Assembly (NCBI GenBank): GCA_021806135.1 | Contig: JAJZYB010000006.1 | Location: 7,735-71,734 of the forward strand | Source: Thermoplasmata archaeon | Lineage (GTDB): Archaea; Thermoplasmatota; Thermoplasmata; Lutacidiplasmatales; UBA184 | DNA length: 64,000 nt | Reading direction: 5' to 3' | Shown here: positions 1 through 8,908 of the stretch, piece after piece | Position numbering within the stretch: position 1 is the first letter of the stretch | Layout: each line of letters starts with the position of its first letter | Made by a program: the position numbers and the translations under genes | Notes under the pieces: generated by a model | Databases searched by the model: none | What the model saw: only the letters and a program-made list of their open reading frames with translations | What the model was told of the DNA's origin: nothing

Positions 1-979
1 ACAGGCCTGCCCGGAGGCTGTTCATCGCAGAACCTTGCGACCCTCAACTGCACGCCAACCCAGGGCGGGTTGTTCAACATCACGGTGTCCGTGACCGATG
101 CGGTGGGGGGTTCCACGACGGCGAGCGTCCAATTGACGGTGACCCCTTCCGGGTCCTCGTCCGGTTTCCTCGGGATCACCGGGGGGGACTGGCTCTGGGT
201 GATCATCGGTGTGGCTGCGGTGGTGGTGATCGTCCTCGCGGTGTTGCTCCTGGTTTCGCGCCCGGGCCGGCCGGGACGAACGCCCCCCCCGGCAAGAGCC
301 GCTCCTCCCGGGCCTCGAGCCCCTAGCCCCTCCCCTTCGAACTCCGGGCCCCGGTCTCCGTGACCCGTGGCGGTCCCCGGCCCGGCCCACGCGGCCCCTC
401 TTCCCTGAGGCCCGTCCGAAAGGGTCCCGACGAGCGTTCCGTCGGGGAAACAGACCGATCCGGCCTCCGCCTTGGCAACCTCGGTGGAGTCCCCGGCGGG
501 ACGAGGATTTCTCTACGGTTCAGCAGACCGGCCATTCCCCCACCCAGCGCTACGGATGGGTCTCTCCGGCCAGACAGGCGGGATCGGCGCCGGCGTCCGG
601 AAGCGAGCCCACCTTCCCGAGAGGAGAGCGCCGACTTCGGAAACGCCCTCGCCCTTCATCCGTGGGGCCTTGGACGGGCTCCCTTTCGCCACGGAAGCCC
701 GGGGGCGAGTAGCCGGGTCGCCGCCCAAGAGGTTCCGGCCCCTCCCGGTACGCCAGGTCCCGGAACCAGGGTCGGTCCCTCGCGGGGGAGGGTCTCCCGG
801 CGGGCTCGACCCGTTTGGCCGTATCCGGTAGGGGGGCCTCATCGCGTGAAAGAGCGGGGGGCGGCCCCTCCGATCGAGGACCGGAGGGTGGAGACCTCCG
901 CCAGACCCCGGAATGGACGGGGCGCCTCTCTCCACCGGGCCCCCCTCCTTCTTGCTGAAATCCCTGCCGGAACTTCCGT

Positions 980-2581
980 ATGACCAAGGAAACCCGGGCG
1001 AACCTCGAGGCGCTCGTCTCCATCGGACGCGGGACGACCTGGATGGCTATCGGAAGCTTCCTCTTCCTCATCTTCGGGTTCTTCGGCCGCCTCGGGGTGG
1101 CCCGCATCGTCTCGGTCGGTGCATGGGGATTGTTCAACATCGGGATCTCCCTGGCGGGGTTCCTCTCCATCGTGGCCCTGCTCGGGCTCCCGCAGGCCAC
1201 GGCGCGAGCCCTCTCCTTCGAGCGCGATCCCTGGGTTCGGCGGGCGGTGGTCCGGCAAAGCCTCTTTTTCACTTCGCTCGACGCGGCGGGGGTCTCCATC
1301 GCGGTCTACCTGTTCGCTCCGGCGCTTGCGAGGGTCTTCTCCCCGGCCTCCGTCGGCTCGCTCACCCAGGTTTTCGAGCTCTTCTCCGTGCTGGTGGGCT
1401 TCACCCTGATGTCCTCGTACCTTTCGGCGCTCTTCCAGGGTTTCGAGCGGGCACAGCCGAATGCCTGGTTCACCCAGATCCTCGGCCCCGGCCTGTTCGT
1501 GGCCTTCCTGGCGCTCTCCTTCGGGCTTCGCCTGGGGTTCACCGGGGTGCTCGTGGCCTACGTGGCGGCTGCGGCGATCGCCTTCGTGGCCCTCCTGCTC
1601 TACACGCTTGCCCGGTTGCCGCCAGTCTTCACTCGTCCCACCGGGCCTCCGCCGCTGAAGATCTCCGTCCCGCCCGATTTCTGGCACCTGTCCCTCTCTC
1701 TCTGGGGGGTGAGCTCGCTGGCGTTCATCATGACGTTCGCCGACACGCTCATCCTCGCCGTCTTCTGGCCGGCGACCACGGTGGGCCTTTACTCGGCGGC
1801 CACCACCTTCGCCCGGCTCTTCCTTCTGGTCAATGGCGCGCTGGCGTACATCTTCCTGCCGGTCACGGCGCGGTTGGCCCGGGGGAAGGCCTTCCGGGTC
1901 ATCGAGTGGACCTACGTGACCTCCACCCGGTGGATCGTCGCTCTCGGGATCCCTTTGCTCTTCCTCTTTGTCTTTCTGCCGGGCCAGAGCCTCCGGGAAC
2001 TGTTCGGCGGGAGCTACAAGGCCGCCGCCCTTCCCCTCCAGATCCTGACGCTGGGCGCGTTCGCGTCCGTCGCGGTCGGTCCCGTGAACGCCTGCCTGGC
2101 CGGTTTGGCCCGATCGAGGACCTTGCTGATCACTTCCGTGGTCCCCGCCGGCGCGAACTTGCTGCTCTCCTTTACGCTCATCCCGCGTTACGGAGCGATG
2201 GGAGCCGCGGTGGCGTGGACCGTGGCCCGGCTGGCCAACACCGGTTTCGGGGCCTTGGCCCTGGCGTGGGGGAATGGCATATCTGCGTTCCGACGGCCCC
2301 TCACCCTCCCCCTGGCGGTGACCTTCGCCATCGGGATCCCGGTCTTCGCCGGGATGGCCCTCCTGCAGGTGCCGGGCTGGTCGATCTTCCCCCTGGCGAT
2401 CGGAAGCTTCGGGCTCTTCTTGGGAGCCTCCCTGGTCACCCGCTCCCTGAACCGGGGGGACCTTCTGATCGTTCGAGCGGCGGAGCGGGTCCTCGGGAGA
2501 TCCCTTCCCACGGTCCGGCGCTTCCTCGAGAGGTACATGGCGCCGGACCCCCTCCCTTCGTCCCCTCCCCTGCCCGAATAG
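980..2581 (+). CDS. Polysaccharide/oligosaccharide flippase, Wzx/MOP-superfamily membrane protein
   Basis: 533 aa, ~12-14 hydrophobic TM segments throughout; N-terminal region and overall architecture typical of Wzx/RfbX-type polysaccharide biosynthesis transporters. Confidence 0.6.
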   Translation: MTKETRANLEALVSIGRGTTWMAIGSFLFLIFGFFGRLGVARIVSVGAWGLFNIGISLAGFLSIVALLGLPQATARALSFERDPWVRRAVVRQSLFFTSLDAAGVSIAVYLFAPALARVFSPASVGSLTQVFELFSVLVGFTLMSSYLSALFQGFERAQPNAWFTQILGPGLFVAFLALSFGLRLGFTGVLVAYVAAAAIAFVALLLYTLARLPPVFTRPTGPPPLKISVPPDFWHLSLSLWGVSSLAFIMTFADTLILAVFWPATTVGLYSAATTFARLFLLVNGALAYIFLPVTARLARGKAFRVIEWTYVTSTRWIVALGIPLLFLFVFLPGQSLRELFGGSYKAAALPLQILTLGAFASVAVGPVNACLAGLARSRTLLITSVVPAGANLLLSFTLIPRYGAMGAAVAWTVARLANTGFGALALAWGNGISAFRRPLTLPLAVTFAIGIPVFAGMALLQVPGWSIFPLAIGSFGLFLGASLVTRSLNRGDLLIVRAAERVLGRSLPTVRRFLERYMAPDPLPSSPPLPE

Positions 2582-2942
2582 CGTCGGACCCATCCTCAAG
2601 GATGACGGAAGCCGGGAATCGGCGCGGGCTACACACCCTCGGGCTTCGGGCCCCCCAGGAGCTCTCGTTGCGATGGGTGGGCGCACTCAAACCGCATTCC
2701 CCACCGGGGCCATGGAAGAGGGGGCCGGCGGTACTGGAACCGGTGCCTCGGAGACGTCGGCGAGCTGTGATGGACTCCCTGGGTCATCAACGAGGCCGGC
2801 GCTTGTTGACCCTGGATCTGGACAGTTTGAGCACGAACCCCGAATGGGATGGCGGGGTACGCCCGGTCGCACTTCCCCGAGGGTGGGGGGCGACCCCGTG
2901 AGCGCTCGAGGGGGCAGTGAAAAGGGGGTTGGGGCTGGAAAG

Positions 2943-5585
2943 CTACGGGGGTGGGACACGGTGGGTTCCGTGCTCACGGCGGCGACGCCGTAGCAGCAGG
3001 ACGCCCGCGACGAGGAGACCGGCCGCCAAGGCACCGACCCCAAGGCTCTCCCAAGGCTCCGCGGGGGCACCGAAACGGCCGGTCGGCGTTGCGTTCGAAG
3101 GGGCCAGCGGCAGCGCCACCCCTTGAGAAACCGGCTGCCCGTTGACCACCACATGGAAGACCATCGGAGCATAGCCCGAAGCGTTGGTCTGGACCGTGTA
3201 GGAACCGTTCGCCACCAGGAACGTGTACCCCCCCGAGGGTGAGGTGAGCACCCAGTCGCTGGCCGAGAGGCTGACGTTCGCCGCGTCGATGGGCCTTCCT
3301 GTCGTCTCGGAAGAGACGACCCCCGTCAGGGGGAACGTCTGGGCCAGGAGCGAGAAATTCTCGCTCGCTGCCTCTCCATGGACGACAACGAGCGTGCTCT
3401 CTTCCAAGAAACCGGCCTTCTGTACCGTGAGCGGATAGCTCCCGTTCCCCGCCCAGAACCAGAAGGTCCCGTTGCCGCCCGTGCGGAACGCGCCCGTGGA
3501 GTTCCAGGCGACCGTGGCGTTCTGGACCGGGGACTGGTTGGAGGCGTACCTCACGACCCCCGAGATCTCGTAGAGGAGGGTCCTGACGAGGGAAAAGTTC
3601 TGGTCGACGGGGGCACCCGAGACCGTGATCGAAGCCTCTTGGGCCTGGTACCCGGCCGCGGCGATCGAGACCGAGTAGGTCCCGTTCTGAAGGCCCATCC
3701 CAAACCTTCCCGTGGTGTTCGTCGTGACGTTCCCCGCGCCGCGGACCGAGAGGATGGCGTTCGGGACCGGCAGGCCCTGACCCGCCGCCGTCACCTCCCC
3801 CTGCCACCGGTAGAGAACGGGGGTCAAGGGGACATTCTCCACAAGGTTCGCGCCGTTCACCAGCACCGTGAGATCGACGCCGTGGTACCCTGGGTCCGTT
3901 ACGCGAAGCGCATAGCTCCCATTAGGTGCGTTGAAGGAGTATGCGCCCGTAGGTCCCGTGAGCACCGTCCCCACCCCGGCGAGGGTGACGTTCGCCCCGG
4001 CCACGGCCGTGCCGGCCGTCTCGAAGGTCACGGTGCCCGACACGACGTACGTTCCGAACGATAGGGGAGCGAGGGCAAAATCCTGGGTCTGCGGAGCCCC
4101 GCTCACCCGGGTCGAAACGCTCAATGGCGTGTCCCCCCGGGCGGTCGCCGTGACCGTGTAGGTGCCGTTCGCGAGGGACATGCCGTAGTCGCCCTGCGCG
4201 TTGGTCTCGGTGGACGGGCCGTTGGGAACGGACACGTTGGCGCCCACGATGGCGGCTCCCGTCCAGGCGTTCGTAACGGACCCGGACAGCCCGTAGACCC
4301 GGGGGAGGAGCGTAAAGTCTTGGGTGAGGTTCGAACCCGAGACCTCGGCCGTGACGCTCGAGCCAAGGAAGCCGGCGGCGGAAGCGCTCACCGTGTAGGA
4401 CCCGTTGGTCAGCCTCACCGAATACTCTCCCGAAGTACCGGTCGTGGTGGAGGTCCCCCCCAAGATGGCAACCGTGGCCCCCGGGATGGGCGCGTTCGTC
4501 CCGGAGGTGGTGACCACTCCCGAGAGAGTGTAACCATCCGTGCTCGGAAACCTGAAGAGGCCCTTCATCGCGGGAAATGCTGCGGTGCTGTCATGGCCGG
4601 TCCCAGTGCCCGGCAGCCCAAGGAGCCACTCGATGGTCGACATCAGGTTGTAGTGGGAGGCGTTCGTGGCGTCCACGGCCCCGATGCCTTTCGAGTACGG
4701 GCTCACCGACGCCAGATAGACGGGACCGCCATCCAGGCCGTGGTAGCCGCTTCGGGGCTGGGAACCGAACGACTCATCGTACGTCACGAAGATGGCGCTG
4801 CTGGAGAACCACGTCTGATTCACGAGCTTGGACACGAACCGGGAGAGGAACCAATCCGCCACAGCGGCGGAGGTGTCGTGCCCGTCGTTCCGCAGGTTCG
4901 GTGCGATGAAGGTGAAGTTGGGAGGGGTGTTCCGGAACGGATAGTCTTCCGTGAGGTTCGCGAGAGGGAGGTCATGGGTCCTGCAGATCGAGCCGGAGGC
5001 GTCGCCGCCGAGATTGCCATAGAACGGGACAGGATTGTGGCGCACTGCGTATTCGCCGGAGGATTGGATGTCGCAGGCCGCGGGCATGCTCTCCGCGTAC
5101 GCCGTCCAGGACCGGCCGGCGGTGTCGAGCAGAGTGAAGAGGTTCTTTTCGGTGGTGTAGTTGTGGTAGGCGTCCGAACCGCACTGCAGGGGGTTCCCCG
5201 AGGTCACCGCCAGGTAGTTCGGCGCGGAAGGATGGCAGACCGCGTAGTACCCGGTCATGTGGTGGGTGAGCGCATCGCCCCCCCAGGCGTACGCATTGGC
5301 CAAGTGGGTCTCAAATGGCACTTTGCCGTAGATCTGATCGACCCCTTCGTTCTCCATGTAGATGAGGAACACGTGCCGGATCGGGGTCGGGAGGATGCTC
5401 CCCAGAGCCACCGGCGCGAGGGCCACGCCCGCGCTCGGCGGGCTTCCGCTCCCCTCAACGGTCCCGGTCGTCCCGATCCCGCTCGCGACCACCAGTACGA
5501 CCAGCACCGATATCAGGAGGGATTCCAGGGGCGTGCCAAGGCGCCGTGGCTTGAAGCCCTCCGCGAGGGGTGGGTCCTGCGCCAT
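2943..5585 (-). CDS. Secreted phosphoesterase-family enzyme (phospholipase C/acid phosphatase fold) with tandem carboxypeptidase-regulatory-like (CarboxypepD_reg) domains and C-terminal TM anchor
   Basis: N-terminal signal/TM; motifs HVFLIYMENEG...DQIYG and PNLRNDGHDTS match the phosphoesterase family (ENxxxD, NDxH); followed by at least 5 repeats of the G..V.....G......T...G.Y.....G.Y pattern; ends with hydrophobic stretch plus RRRRR. Confidence 0.65.
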   Translation of the reverse strand: MAQDPPLAEGFKPRRLGTPLESLLISVLVVLVVASGIGTTGTVEGSGSPPSAGVALAPVALGSILPTPIRHVFLIYMENEGVDQIYGKVPFETHLANAYAWGGDALTHHMTGYYAVCHPSAPNYLAVTSGNPLQCGSDAYHNYTTEKNLFTLLDTAGRSWTAYAESMPAACDIQSSGEYAVRHNPVPFYGNLGGDASGSICRTHDLPLANLTEDYPFRNTPPNFTFIAPNLRNDGHDTSAAVADWFLSRFVSKLVNQTWFSSSAIFVTYDESFGSQPRSGYHGLDGGPVYLASVSPYSKGIGAVDATNASHYNLMSTIEWLLGLPGTGTGHDSTAAFPAMKGLFRFPSTDGYTLSGVVTTSGTNAPIPGATVAILGGTSTTTGTSGEYSVRLTNGSYTVSASAAGFLGSSVTAEVSGSNLTQDFTLLPRVYGLSGSVTNAWTGAAIVGANVSVPNGPSTETNAQGDYGMSLANGTYTVTATARGDTPLSVSTRVSGAPQTQDFALAPLSFGTYVVSGTVTFETAGTAVAGANVTLAGVGTVLTGPTGAYSFNAPNGSYALRVTDPGYHGVDLTVLVNGANLVENVPLTPVLYRWQGEVTAAGQGLPVPNAILSVRGAGNVTTNTTGRFGMGLQNGTYSVSIAAAGYQAQEASITVSGAPVDQNFSLVRTLLYEISGVVRYASNQSPVQNATVAWNSTGAFRTGGNGTFWFWAGNGSYPLTVQKAGFLEESTLVVVHGEAASENFSLLAQTFPLTGVVSSETTGRPIDAANVSLSASDWVLTSPSGGYTFLVANGSYTVQTNASGYAPMVFHVVVNGQPVSQGVALPLAPSNATPTGRFGAPAEPWESLGVGALAAGLLVAGVLLLRRRRREHGTHRVPPP

Positions 5586-6043
5586 GGTGCGATGGCATGC
5601 CCACGCCGGTCGAGCGGTGGCACCGCTGCCCGGGGCGTGGCGGCCGTGTCGACAGTGGGCGGGGGATTATAACTAGGCCTCCTGAACTCCTACCCACTTG
5701 AGATACCGGCTCCCCTTTCCGGTCCGGTCCTCGATCCTATTGCATCGGGCGCGGGCCCGGAGCCCGGGCACCAAAGAGGAAAGGGGGGAGAGTCCGGTGG
5801 CAGGGGCATAAGGCGTACCCCTTCCCGCTGGAGAGTTAGCGAAGCGTGGGGAGCCCGCGGGCCGGAGGTTCGGCCCTGCCCCCGTGGGGCGCTCCCCGGG
5901 GCAGGACTGGCCGGGCGGACCTCCCATCGGGGGTGTTCCCCGTGCGGATGCCCCCGTCGAAGTGTGAACTTTTTGAAAAAGCGCATAACATTCTTCTACC
6001 CGCTCCTCTGTAACCATCCCCCCCTCCGGGGTCCAGGTCCACC

Positions 6044-7516
6044 GTGGTCCCTCCTGTGGTCCCTCCAAACCCGGCCCCGGGCGGCTCCCCTCCCCGGCTC
6101 CGACGCAATGTCCTCCACCTGCTCGATCTCATCCCGCTCTCGACGTCCAGCGTCGCCCCCACCTTCAGCCTCGCCGCCGCCTTCGGGGTCATGGTCGCCT
6201 ACGCCGGCCCCCAGGCGATCATGTCCGTGCTGGTCGCCTTTCCCTTCTTCCTCTTCGCCGCGCTGCTCTTCCGTCAGTTGAACATCCACTACCCGCACGC
6301 GGGAGCCTCCTACCACTGGGGAAGCCGCATCGTGGGCCGGCGCTTCGGCGGGCTCCAGGCCTGGATCGTCACCCTGGCCTACTTCCTCTCCCTCCCTCCG
6401 ATCCTGATACCGGCGGGCGCCTACACCCTGAGCCTCCTCTCCTCCTTCGGCCTGGTCTCCTCCCCTGTGGTCTCGAGCGTCTTTTGGCAGTCCATGACCG
6501 GCATCGCCTGGGCCGGGGTGGCCGCGATCCCCCTCATCCTCGGCGCCAAACCCACGGCCCGGTTCACCGAGGCGTTCCTCCTCGTGGAAGTGGTGATCCT
6601 CGGGGTCTTCCTGGGAGTGGGGTTTCTTGCCCTGCCCACCCACACGGTGAACCCCGTGTCGCTCTCCTGGTTCTTCTCCACCCGGGTGAACCCCCTGGAT
6701 TTCGCCCTCGCCTTGGTGGTGGTGGCCACCATCCTCGATGGCTGGGAGATCGACAGCTACGCCTCGGAAGAGGCCCGACGCCCGCGTGACTGGCCCGGGA
6801 CCTCGGGGATTTTGGGGCTTCTCTGCGTCTTCGCCATCTATCTGGTCACCATGCCCCTCATGGTCGCAGAGACCCCCCTCTCGTCGCTCTCCTCCAGCCC
6901 GGACCCGTTGGCCACCTGGATCGGGGGCGTCATGCCCTCGGCCACCTGGGGAATGGACCTCGCGGTGATCATCTCCACCGCCAGTTCCCTCTGGCTCACC
7001 GCGTTCATCTTGAGCCGGGCCTGGTACGCCCTTGGACGGGATGGGCTCCTGCCCGGGGCCTTCGCGCGCCTCCATCGGCGGTTCCAGAGCCCCTGGTTCA
7101 GCGTCGGCGTGATCACCTCGGCGGAGGTGGCGGTCCAGCTCACCGAGCTCACCTCCTCCTCCGTCTTCGCGTTCTTCAGCGTGGTGCTCACCGCCGCCGG
7201 GGTCTTCCTCATGCTCGAGTTCGCCTTGGACGCCATTTCCGCCACCGTGGGGCTCCGCAAGGCCCACCGGGCCCTCGCCCTGGAGCGCGGTGCCCTCCGC
7301 CACTCCCATCCGTTCTACCGGATCATCGCCCCGATCACGGCCGGGGCCATGCTCACCATCGTGGCCATCGGACTGTACACGAACATCACCCTCCTCTACG
7401 TCTCCAGCGCTCTGCTGGTCCCGGCGCTGTACTTTGTCTGGCGGGCCGCTCGGACCCCCTCCATCGCCCCTCCTCTGGAACCGGAGGCCGGAACTCTCCT
7501 GCCAATCCCCCCTTGA
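6044..7516 (+). CDS. APC-superfamily amino acid/polyamine permease
   Basis: 490 aa, 12 TM-like segments; N-terminal ...LHLLDLIPLSTSSVAPTFSLAAAFG... resembles the first TM/substrate site of APC transporters; true start may be a downstream Met. Confidence 0.6.
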   Translation: MVPPVVPPNPAPGGSPPRLRRNVLHLLDLIPLSTSSVAPTFSLAAAFGVMVAYAGPQAIMSVLVAFPFFLFAALLFRQLNIHYPHAGASYHWGSRIVGRRFGGLQAWIVTLAYFLSLPPILIPAGAYTLSLLSSFGLVSSPVVSSVFWQSMTGIAWAGVAAIPLILGAKPTARFTEAFLLVEVVILGVFLGVGFLALPTHTVNPVSLSWFFSTRVNPLDFALALVVVATILDGWEIDSYASEEARRPRDWPGTSGILGLLCVFAIYLVTMPLMVAETPLSSLSSSPDPLATWIGGVMPSATWGMDLAVIISTASSLWLTAFILSRAWYALGRDGLLPGAFARLHRRFQSPWFSVGVITSAEVAVQLTELTSSSVFAFFSVVLTAAGVFLMLEFALDAISATVGLRKAHRALALERGALRHSHPFYRIIAPITAGAMLTIVAIGLYTNITLLYVSSALLVPALYFVWRAARTPSIAPPLEPEAGTLLPIPP

Positions 7517-7626
7517 TGGAGGCATCCTCCGGGAACCCACGACCCATCTCTTGGGCACTGTAGGCACCAGGCCGAGCTGCCCTTCGCGCCGTTCTCCGGG
7601 AGTCTTGTCGAACAGGGCCCACTGCG

Positions 7627-8392
7627 TTAGTCGGGTCTGACGTCCATCAAACGCCCTGTGTCTTCCACCCGGGTCGAGCCTCGGACAGACGGTCTTGTCG
7701 CTGCGAGCACGACCCCTCCTGCGAAACCCCCCCGAGCCCCGTGCCTTCGTAGACGGCACCGTCTTGCTCCTGGCCTCCATCGTCGGGCTCCTCTTGGAGG
7801 CGCTGCAGGACCCCAGCCTTCCCGGTCAGTCGGTCGGACAGCGAGGTCAGGTCCTCCGAAGAGGGCCCAGGAACGAGTTCCTTGGTGACCTTGTTCCTCC
7901 TTTCGGCAGGGAGTCTGGAAGGTCGGCATCTTGCCGTCCTCCCTGGAGCGCTTGCGGGCCGCGGACATCGTCACCTTCTGCGAGGGCCGGTGCTTGGCCT
8001 CCTTCCGGTAGATGGTGAGCGTCGTCTCCGGCCCCGTCTTGAGCATCCGCTTCACCGCCGTGCGGGGGAACGACTTCAGATGCAGGTCCCCTTCAATCTC
8101 GGTCGACCGTTGCCGACCTTCTGCCCGCTGTGCTCCGCTCTGGGCACGGGGCGCGCGTAGGAGGCGAGGTGCCCTTGGTTGGAAAACCGGTTGATGGCTT
8201 CGATCTCCGCGAGGATCCCGTTGGCCGAGTAGAAGTTCACCCGGGGGTGATCATCAGGGAGTTGACATCCTTGCGTCCCTGGGTGGCCTTGGCCAGCTCG
8301 ACCTGCATCGCCTCCTCTCGTCGGAGGAGGAGCTCCAGTTGTTCGAGCTGTGCCCTGGGGATGGCCCTTAGGACGCGAGCATCCGTCTCCAT
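7627..8392 (-). pseudogene. IS110-family transposase relic (C-terminal Transposase_20 domain only; two frameshifts; N-terminal DEDD domain missing)
   Basis: Hand translation of the minus strand gives ...RKDVNSLMITPG / VNFYSANGILAEIEAINRFSNQGHLASYARPVPRAEHSGQKVGNGRPRLKG / ...LKTGPETTLTIYRKEAKHRPSQKVTMSAARKRS in three different frames. This matches the IS110 C-terminal consensus (IPGIG..tAa.llAEIGdi.RF.s...LasYAGlvPr..sSGk...g.isKrGn...YerllakGKpkkvAlvAvARKLL). There is no upstream catalytic domain. Confidence 0.6.
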
Positions 8393-8908
8393 TACCCGGG
8401 CATGAATCGTAAGCTCACAAGACCAAGAGTCTTTATACGGGGTTCCTTTTGCCTGTCATGGCGTAGGGCGGCGTGTCGAGCCTTGGCTGAGGGGAGACCC
8501 ACCCAGGCTGCCCGTCTTGACCGGGAAAGCGAATGGCTGAGGGGAATGGACGAAGGGCGGGACACGGAGAGAGTCAACGGGGACCGCCGAGACGATCCTC
8601 GCTGACAGAGGACCAACGACGACACCGGATCAATGAATTGTTCAGGCTGCAGAGCACCATTCAACGGTGGATAGAGGCCTCAGCGGATCGGGAGAAGGTC
8701 TCCGCCCTCATCGGGGTGAACATGTACGTCCAGGGGAGGATCCGGCTCCTGAGCGGAGGGAGGCCGAGAAGTGCCGAGGGAATGTCTGCGCTGGGAAGCC
8801 AACCTGTGACCCTTACCGTATGTCAAAGTCCTCATGGTCAAGAGGGAAGCGGGCAAAGTGTAGAGAGCGCCGGAATGCCAGGGGAACTTCTTCAACAAGG
8901 AAACGAAC

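Noticed and set aside
839-2686. 615-aa minus-strand ORF antisense to the Wzx flippase gene
   Set aside because: Arg/Gly/Glu/Pro-rich low-complexity translation typical of antisense frames in ~70% GC DNA; the + strand frame encodes a coherent 12-TM transporter
5996-7780. 594-aa minus-strand ORF antisense to the amino acid permease
   Set aside because: Glu/Gly/Arg/Asp-rich repetitive translation; permease frame has 12 TM segments
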